The notes beneath the pieces were generated by a model, which saw nothing but the letters and a program-made list of their open reading frames with translations, was not told where the DNA came from and did no database searches. Made by a program: the position numbers and the translations under genes. From positions 1 to 64,000 of IMG/VR virus record IMGVR_UViG_3300010052_000216: a stretch of DNA of 64,000 nt. One strand, written 5' to 3'. The stretch comes from a virus (taxonomy: Duplodnaviria > Caudoviricetes). Below are positions 58,901 through 64,000 of this stretch, piece after piece (positions within the stretch are counted from its first letter, which is position 1; each line of letters starts with the position of its first letter).

Positions 58901-59760
58901 GCTAATGAAAAAAAGGTTTTATCGGCAGAAGAATAAAATTCGGTACCACTTTCATACTCTTGTGTACGATCTGCATCGTGAAAGAGCTTAATTTTACTAG
59001 CATCAAAAACAATCCGGAATCCGCCGACGGCATTATAAGATCGTAATGAGGAGATCTTAACCAAACCTTTTTGATTGGCGATCATCGTTCCGCCAATAAC
59101 ATCTTCATTGCTCTCCGCGACAAAAGGATTAATTATATCCAAATCGCCCGTGATCTTACCGAACACTTCGACCTTGAGCTTGTCCGATTGATTGTTGGCA
59201 TTGTCGGCGTAGTTGCTATCGACGAACTTGGTTTGCAGGTTCGCGCCCGTGCCTATGATTGTGCGCGTGTAAGTGTGGTCCATCGTCGGCAGGTAGGAGT
59301 CGTGCCAGCGGGCAAAGAACTGCTCCGTCGAATTGGCCGCCTTGAGACGGACGCCCAGGTTGTGCGTCGCACCGGGTGTGAGACTCATGTCCTCCCACGG
59401 GCCGATCGTCCCGTTGGTGTTCCGCACCTGATAATATTCGGCATCTGCTAGGCGCTGCGGACTCGTGGCCATCTGGGCAAAGCCACTGGCTTTCACAAGA
59501 TACTCCGCCTTGTCATCTAAAAAGATGGGTGAATTCCAGAGAGGGTCTTGGTCCGTGATGCCGTTGTTGTAAACAGCCGTGTTCCAACCATCATTTTTGA
59601 CCGGGATCGTGAAAGCGCCAATCGACTGATAGGCCAGGACTTGTCGCTCTTCGAGCTTCTCGAAAGTTCCGCGAATGATATGCCGCAAAGATGTGGGACG
59701 CACAGTTTTGCGTGGGGACTTTGAAGCTTGGCCTAGATACTTGCGCAGAGTGTCGAACAT
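55915..59760 (-). CDS. Large exported protein with a planctomycete extracellular motif and a C-terminal alpha/beta hydrolase
   Basis: FEKLEERQVLA at the N-terminus; D-rich Ca-binding-like motifs; VLVHGWN, FDWPT and HLLAHSMGN nucleophile elbow. Confidence 0.82.
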   Translation of the reverse strand: MFDTLRKYLGQASKSPRKTVRPTSLRHIIRGTFEKLEERQVLAYQSIGAFTIPVKNDGWNTAVYNNGITDQDPLWNSPIFLDDKAEYLVKASGFAQMATSPQRLADAEYYQVRNTNGTIGPWEDMSLTPGATHNLGVRLKAANSTEQFFARWHDSYLPTMDHTYTRTIIGTGANLQTKFVDSNYADNANNQSDKLKVEVFGKITGDLDIINPFVAESNEDVIGGTMIANQKGLVKISSLRSYNAVGGFRIVFDASKIKLFHDADRTQEYESGTEFYSSADKTFFSLAITPGNTNIDLQWVPWGSGAVESLDLAKLTVDPITIDLDGDSNNDNFIDPINAGGTDDPIELTGNGIIVSLNNNDDDENGVLDYLQNTAVIGENDLRELQLSHNITQLTQLVHEVVLTLDSTNFKLYASPDKSGLITFIGGEKRWTIGGNVPVPEKLWIEAVSTGVGIVTTQIYQEGGAIIATDAVKVAAYGIDLIIDNQGDLAETELGSFVWQNSDFSKGISAATQSEAGITKYLPDYADPAFNIDPNYLGDFTQAKLIMPSEWVSTHSYKLQFDSSKIRIWSVGYSDGMFQVDSDWSIIKNGDPIHATDAEISIYIEGLSRSINTANILTYSVFDRNTTNSVIMKDTAKYSVIDVNLGVDGNRDNNIDFTNSYDKQLTFWYNNDQEGNHGEDGDYYVTDKVARIILDNSDATISNTRDLEDFARLNLFLDPLLVNSGFSDVKTFTSNPNTMSFRLGSSVEGAVQLYQAPTANGITNAHVLDLQLSKDQVENSNLNTQLSGINYHFITGLDDVSSFIFEGRGSGVINTQIYINVSFVYSNGITRTRYVPIQLELHDFKDFYSRYTIPMTATSRQDLSFVSYTDAIAEHTATTSNKPFLSGTERIVLVHGWNMPGNIGNDWKRAFSETAFKRLYWQGYRGQLVEFDWPTFSNEEGPRTPEELNMTFNMSEFQAWRSGKALMNLLASELSGKTHLLAHSMGNTVVASALRQWHQQSNSKLVESYVAMQAAISGGAYAENNTDAFTINIPDQFIGNEALSSISDWMLAANTSDHDLLRHFPLGSATTNTSSFAKSALDSAVAHAFNFYNPDDFAVSFAWEMNNAVTKNAEYLSEDLAQYLDSLLVQKYAQFFKMDGAGKAFPPTVLWPYRYVMENDANGVRHYYRVPYTEDGQFQQDRINWVDLTPGLVDNASNPGSTAFEILAFFSQANADAVGVDNSISSFVGVDISAPQFGMKTFSEDGTSLSSGHSFQFHHSAAITGAFWKAVKTKTAFATTY

Positions 59761-59946
59761 CGGTCCGCTGCCCTCGGATGGAGTATGTGTGGTGGGAAAG
59801 TGTTAGGAATTTAGCGATCCGGGTGACTGTTTGTCAAGTTTTAATGAATTCATCCGATATTCGCGATCAAGCATACTCACGCAGTCCCAGAAACTTGATG
59901 CTGATCATCAATGAATACCGCGATGCGCCTTATCAGTCACAACATA

Positions 59947-60219
59947 TTTCGAAACTCGTTGCTTTCGGGCCCCCGAAGCCAAACGGGTTGTTAACCCAAA
60001 GGCCCTCCTGAAACAGAGAGCGCGAGAGTTTTTGGCGAGAGTGTCAACAAGATCGAGGCCATCTGGCGATTAGAGAATTTATAGAGAGTTCTCTTAAATC
60101 GGCTGAGTTCAGAAAAAACCAGCAAAAGGCTCACAAAATGACGAACGCCGCAAGCTCTCGCTCGCGGCGTTTTGTGTAAACCCGTGGGTCGGCGGTATTT
60201 CCGCTGAAAAGAAAAGCTC
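59947..60219. repeat. Structured non-coding element, copy B (~273 bp)
   Basis: Diverged direct copy of 50936-51207; hairpins at 59955-59987 and 60144-60171. Confidence 0.8.
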
Positions 60220-60228
60220 CCCGTGCCC

Positions 60229-60243
60229 AACCCTCTTCGGAAT
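60229..60243 (+). repeat. 15-bp direct repeat copy 2
   Basis: AACCCTCTTCGGAAT, 9 nt after copy B. Confidence 0.45.
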
Positions 60244-60448
60244 AGTTCTCTGTTTTTTCTCTCACGGAAACACACTAATTCACGGAAAAAGAAGAGTTCG
60301 CGTCCGTTTCGGTCGGTCGTTTTACGAAGGCAACCAGTATCGAAATCAATGTTCTCCAGTTAACACTCGCGCTCTCTAGTTGTTAACTGGCCGGTTGATT
60401 TGGGGGGTAGCAAAAAACTACACCTCGCCAGTTAACAGCCGCGCGCAT

Positions 60449-60811
60449 CTATTCACTTGCTGGAGGTGTCGGCACCAGGGGCTCCAGTAACACAATCAGT
60501 TCCGGCACATGGATCTCGACCAGCCGCCAAATCCGATCGTGCTTGATCTCGCCGTAATCGTGAGCCAACACATGCCGCTGGGCTTGGATTGGTCGCCATA
60601 AGATTTCTGGATGCCCCGTTTGAAACTCCTTGGAGACTTTTCTCGCCGCCTCGCCGATGATTTCAATTTGGCGTTCGACAGCACTGCGCAGGAGCAAGTC
60701 GGATTCATACTCCTGGAGCGTTCGTCCTTGCACAAAACTGACCGCTGCCCGCGCCGCGGTTAGCATGTCCCACAGGTAACCACGGTCGTCTTTAGGATCC
60801 GACATAGACAA
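60449..60811 (-). CDS. hepT: HEPN (DUF86) RNase toxin
   Basis: AVERQIEIIGEA; QRHVLAHDYG (Rx4H). Confidence 0.88.
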   Translation of the reverse strand: MSMSDPKDDRGYLWDMLTAARAAVSFVQGRTLQEYESDLLLRSAVERQIEIIGEAARKVSKEFQTGHPEILWRPIQAQRHVLAHDYGEIKHDRIWRLVEIHVPELIVLLEPLVPTPPASE

Positions 60812-61112
60812 CCTTGCGTGTCCGAAGGATCTCGTCTCGACGAAAGGGGTTTCGCAGACCTTCGCGCTCGATCAAGTCAACTTTTCGCTGCAAGATGGCT
60901 GAGAGTTCATCGGCCATTGTGGTCAAATCCCACAAGCTCCAGGGTACGTTTTCGGTAAACGACACCAGAACATCGATATCGCTCTCGGGGCCAAAGTCAT
61001 CACGCAGGACAGAACCAAACAACGCCAGTTCACGGACCTGCCAACGCTGTGAAAATTCAGCGAGGCGGTCTTCGGGAAGCAAACTGTCGAGTCTGGTAAC
61101 TAAATCCAGCAT
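60792..61112 (-). CDS. mntA: Minimal nucleotidyltransferase antitoxin
   Basis: LFGSVLRDDF.PESDIDVLV; overlaps the HEPN gene. Confidence 0.88.
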   Translation of the reverse strand: MLDLVTRLDSLLPEDRLAEFSQRWQVRELALFGSVLRDDFGPESDIDVLVSFTENVPWSLWDLTTMADELSAILQRKVDLIEREGLRNPFRRDEILRTRKVVYVGS

Positions 61113-61231
61113 TCGGTGTGTTCAAATTGAGTGAACTACAGGCTGTTAATAGGGCCCATATCATTTTAGCCGAATGACAAACGTCGTTCAATCTTTGTAG
61201 CATGCCATTTCCCTTTTCTCGCGCTGAACAC

Positions 61232-61279
61232 GAACGCCTTGGCGGACTGCTCAAGCGTTATTATCGTATAGCGGCATAA
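61232..61279 (+). pseudogene. Remnant C-terminus of an rve-type transposase
   Basis: Encodes ERLGGLLKRYYRIAA*, versus ERLGGLLKYYHRRAA* in the intact copy. Confidence 0.7.
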
Positions 61280-61322
61280 CTTCCCCCCCAGGCTCACTCC
61301 GTCCATGCGATTATTCTGGTAT

Positions 61323-62766
61323 CCCGTGATCTGGTTCCGTCAACTGAATCTTGTCTGGACGCGTTGGCGACTACGGCGGCATGGAATCGATCCGAACGAG
61401 ATTCCGGAGATTAAGGAACTTCGCCGACGCTACCAAGCTGGCGTACCGCTGTGCCCCGACGATCTCAGTCCGCCATCTTCCTCATAACCGACACTTCATG
61501 CTCTCCTCTCCGTGGCAGTTTCTGATTGCCTGCCTAGCCGCCTGGATTCACCGCGAACAACAGCAACGCTTGGAATATGTCCAACTGGAACTGACCGTGG
61601 TCAAAGAAATGCTCGGTACCAAACGACTGCGGTTCTCTGACGACCAACGTCGCCGTTTGGCCGCCAAGGCGAAACAAGTCGGGCGAAAAGGACTCATCGA
61701 AATCGGCAGCCTCGTCTCGCCTGATACGCTGTTGCGTTGGCATCGCGCACTGATAGCGCGGAAGTGGACCTACGAACGGAAGACTGCGGGGCGGCCGCCG
61801 ATCGCAGCGGAGGTCGCGAAATTGATTGTCAAGTTCGCCAAGGAAAATCCTCGTGCCGGCTATGATCGGATTCAAGGAATGCTTGCGAACCTGGGGCATG
61901 AAGTAAGCGACACCACGATCAAGAATATCCTGAAGCAGCAGGGCATTGAGCCTGCACCGACGCGTTCGAAGCAAACAACCTGGAATGACTTCATTCGCTC
62001 ACATACGCAAACGATGGCCGCCTGCGACTTTTTCACGACCGAAGTCTGGACGAAGGGCGGATTGGTGACGTTCTATGTTTTGTTCATCATTAAGCTCGCT
62101 ACACGCCGGGTCGAGATCGCCGGGATCACGGCTTCACCCGACTCGGCTTGGATCAAGCAAGTCGCGCGCAATTTGACCGACTGCGAGGATGGCTTCCTGA
62201 ACAGAACAACTCATCTGCTCATGGATCGCGACACGAAATTCACCAAGGAGTTCCGGGAGATTCTCAAATCCTCTGGCATCAAGTCTGTTCGGTTGCCTTC
62301 GCGGAGTCCCAACCTGAATGCTTTCGCGGAACGCTTCGTCCGATCAATCAAAGAAGAATGTCTTCATCGAATGATCTTCTTCGGCGCGAAGATGTACCGG
62401 CACGCCGTCCACGAATATGTTCGCCACTATCATGCTGAACGGAATCATCAGGGCTTGGAGAACCGGTTGATTCAGCCTGACGAATCGCTCGGTATTGCCA
62501 ACAGCGAAATCGAATGTCGCGAGCGTCTCGGCGGACTGCTCAAGTACTATCACCGCCGCGCTGCCTGACACCGACTTGGCAGCAAAAGTTCGCATTCAAC
62601 TGCGTTCGCTGCTGCGCTGACCTCTGAATTTCACTCATTTTGCTACGTGTCGAAGCGATAAGACACAATCTCGACCGAATTGATATTCAAATTTCCCTGC
62701 AGTCGAGTCCGTTGTTGATGGAAATCACCGTGAAATACGCCCGGCTGAATAATTTCACCTTACGGG
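61323..62766 (+). mobile_element. rve/integrase-core IS-like element
   Basis: Ends CCCGTGA...TTACGGG (short inverted termini) around a DDE transposase gene; ends inferred. Confidence 0.65.
61498..62568 (+). CDS. DDE (rve integrase core) transposase
   Basis: ACDFFT, MDRDTKFT, NAFAERFVRSIKEECL; N-terminal HTH; start MLSSPW. Confidence 0.9.
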   Translation: MLSSPWQFLIACLAAWIHREQQQRLEYVQLELTVVKEMLGTKRLRFSDDQRRRLAAKAKQVGRKGLIEIGSLVSPDTLLRWHRALIARKWTYERKTAGRPPIAAEVAKLIVKFAKENPRAGYDRIQGMLANLGHEVSDTTIKNILKQQGIEPAPTRSKQTTWNDFIRSHTQTMAACDFFTTEVWTKGGLVTFYVLFIIKLATRRVEIAGITASPDSAWIKQVARNLTDCEDGFLNRTTHLLMDRDTKFTKEFREILKSSGIKSVRLPSRSPNLNAFAERFVRSIKEECLHRMIFFGAKMYRHAVHEYVRHYHAERNHQGLENRLIQPDESLGIANSEIECRERLGGLLKYYHRRAA

Positions 62767-62775
62767 CACAGGACG

Positions 62776-62991
62776 CACCGTCGCGCTGCTTGACGCCGAC
62801 TTGGCATCATATATTCGATCTGAACTGCGTTCGCTGCTGCGCTGACCTCTGAAATTCACTCATTTTGCTACGTGTCGAAGTGACAAGATGCAATATCGAC
62901 CGAGATGATTTTCAAATTTCCCTGCAAACGAGTCCGTTCTTGATGGAAATCGCCGCGAAATACGCGCGGCTGAATAATTTCACCTTACGGG
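62776..62991 (+). repeat. Second copy of the IS 3' end (216 bp)
   Basis: Diverged tandem copy of 62551-62766; both start at HRRAA-stop and end in GAATAATTTCACCTTACGGG. Confidence 0.85.
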
Positions 62992-62992
62992 C

Positions 62993-63751
62993 TTACCATC
63001 TGTATATTATTTCCAAAGTCGAGTTTTCTTTGTTTATCTGTTCAACATATCCCTGGGTAACCAAAGTACCTGTGATATCGATGCTTTTTAATCGTGGCAT
63101 ATTGACAAGTTTAGACAATGCGAGATTCGTGATGCGTGTACCCTGCAGTTCTAAATATTCAAGTGATGAGATGCCGAGAATTTGTTCGATGCCTTTATCT
63201 GTTATTTCTGTGCCTCTCAGTGATAAAATCCGCAATTTCAGATGTTTAATATATTTTATGTCATCATCACTAATTGTGGTTCCAGCTACATTTAACTCTC
63301 TAAGTGCATTCATGCGGCCGATGTTCTTCAACGAAGAATCAGTGAGCGAATTGTTACTTAGTCCCAGAACTTCTAGGTGGTTCAGTTTAACTAACGCAAG
63401 TATTGCGAGACATGTATTTCCCTCATCCAGGCTTACATGTACCATTTCCCGCACATCTGCTAGACGCCATAATTCCTCATCTTTTATATTTGTGCCGTGT
63501 AGCAATATTGTTCTTGCGTGTCTGAAATCAGGATAGCCAAGTAACTTATTTAAGAATCTTTCGAATCCGATGCATTCACTGTAATACACTAAGGCATTAT
63601 TATCGGCCAAAAATTTGCATGCGGAAATCTCTCTTACAATTAATGTCCGTTGCCAAGAAATCCAGAAACTAACAAGTGCTATGACAACTACAAATCCAAA
63701 AAACGATTTGAGCCGAAAGCGGGTCCAGCAGTAGAATGCTTTCAAATGCAT
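62993..63751 (-). CDS. Membrane-anchored leucine-rich-repeat protein
   Basis: RFRLKSFFGFVVVIALVSFW TM segment; L..L.L..T.I.D repeats; ATG 2 nt after the upstream stop. Confidence 0.8.
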   Translation of the reverse strand: MHLKAFYCWTRFRLKSFFGFVVVIALVSFWISWQRTLIVREISACKFLADNNALVYYSECIGFERFLNKLLGYPDFRHARTILLHGTNIKDEELWRLADVREMVHVSLDEGNTCLAILALVKLNHLEVLGLSNNSLTDSSLKNIGRMNALRELNVAGTTISDDDIKYIKHLKLRILSLRGTEITDKGIEQILGISSLEYLELQGTRITNLALSKLVNMPRLKSIDITGTLVTQGYVEQINKENSTLEIIYRW

Positions 63752-63753
63752 GA

Positions 63754-63999
63754 TTAAAGCGCCCATCTGCCACCTAAATCTTTATTCATATCACAAGCTA
63801 CATCGTCAACCGTAACGTTACCATTGGCATCTTTATTCGTATTTGGGCATTTTTGTTGACAGCTTATTGCTACACCGCATTTTAAGCATCGGTCATATCG
63901 TTTTGCGTCGTCCGGAAATGACATTCGGCAATTAATAGCGTGAGCTTCTTTTTCGCCTTTTACACAGTCGTCACAAGTGGCTAGCGTTCGCAGCGGATC
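63754..63999 (-). CDS. C-terminal 81 aa of a Cys-rich protein running off the window edge (not in the ORF track)
   Basis: Open frame DPLRTLATCDDCVKG...CRM...RCLKC...SCQQKC...ACDMNKDLGGRWAL*. Confidence 0.55.
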   Translation of the reverse strand, partial: DPLRTLATCDDCVKGEKEAHAINCRMSFPDDAKRYDRCLKCGVAISCQQKCPNTNKDANGNVTVDDVACDMNKDLGGRWAL

Positions 64000-64000
64000 T

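Noticed and set aside
61305-61487. 60-aa ORF before the transposase, and the longer 61351 start
   Set aside because: Overlaps the inferred IS left end; the transposase homology starts at 61498
1-64000. CRISPR array, tRNA/rRNA, reverse transcriptase or DGR
   Set aside because: No regularly spaced repeat-spacer units, cloverleaf ends, RT motifs or TR/VR pair were seen; the repeats present are protein repeats or the elements listed

Overview
The window looks like planctomycete DNA (planctomycete extracellular 'LEERQVLA' motif, PEP-CTERM proteins, planctomycete-type LRR proteins). All family names come from motif recognition by eye; no database search was run. About 1-44.3 kb is an apparently intact temperate siphovirus-like prophage whose left end is outside the window. 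Its minus strand carries an ECF-like sigma factor, a recombination/replication module, an iteron-like origin, a ParB-methyltransferase, terminase, lambda-type portal, protease-capsid fusion, neck, tail tube, chaperones, tape measure, a Cys-rich repeat tail protein and a glycosyltransferase. A DUF2924/large serine recombinase module sits at its right end. Plus-strand or AT-rich cargo interrupts it: a 7.4-kb PEP-CTERM adhesin block between terminase and portal, small genes, a type II R-M pair and an FRG gene. The rest (44.4-64 kb) is an accretion hotspot. It holds a Gabija locus extended by a DUF6602-like nuclease and a Schlafen/AlbA_2 protein, two diverged copies of a structured ~272-bp non-coding element, a decayed second serine recombinase, a HEPN/MNT TA pair and stacked rve-type IS copies. 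It also holds two candidate toxin + LRR-immunity pairs. The best leads for undescribed systems are the planctomycete toxin/LRR-immunity pairs, the four-gene Gabija-nuclease-Schlafen locus, the candidate non-canonical lysis cassette, the covarying non-coding repeat and a repressor-less prophage switch.
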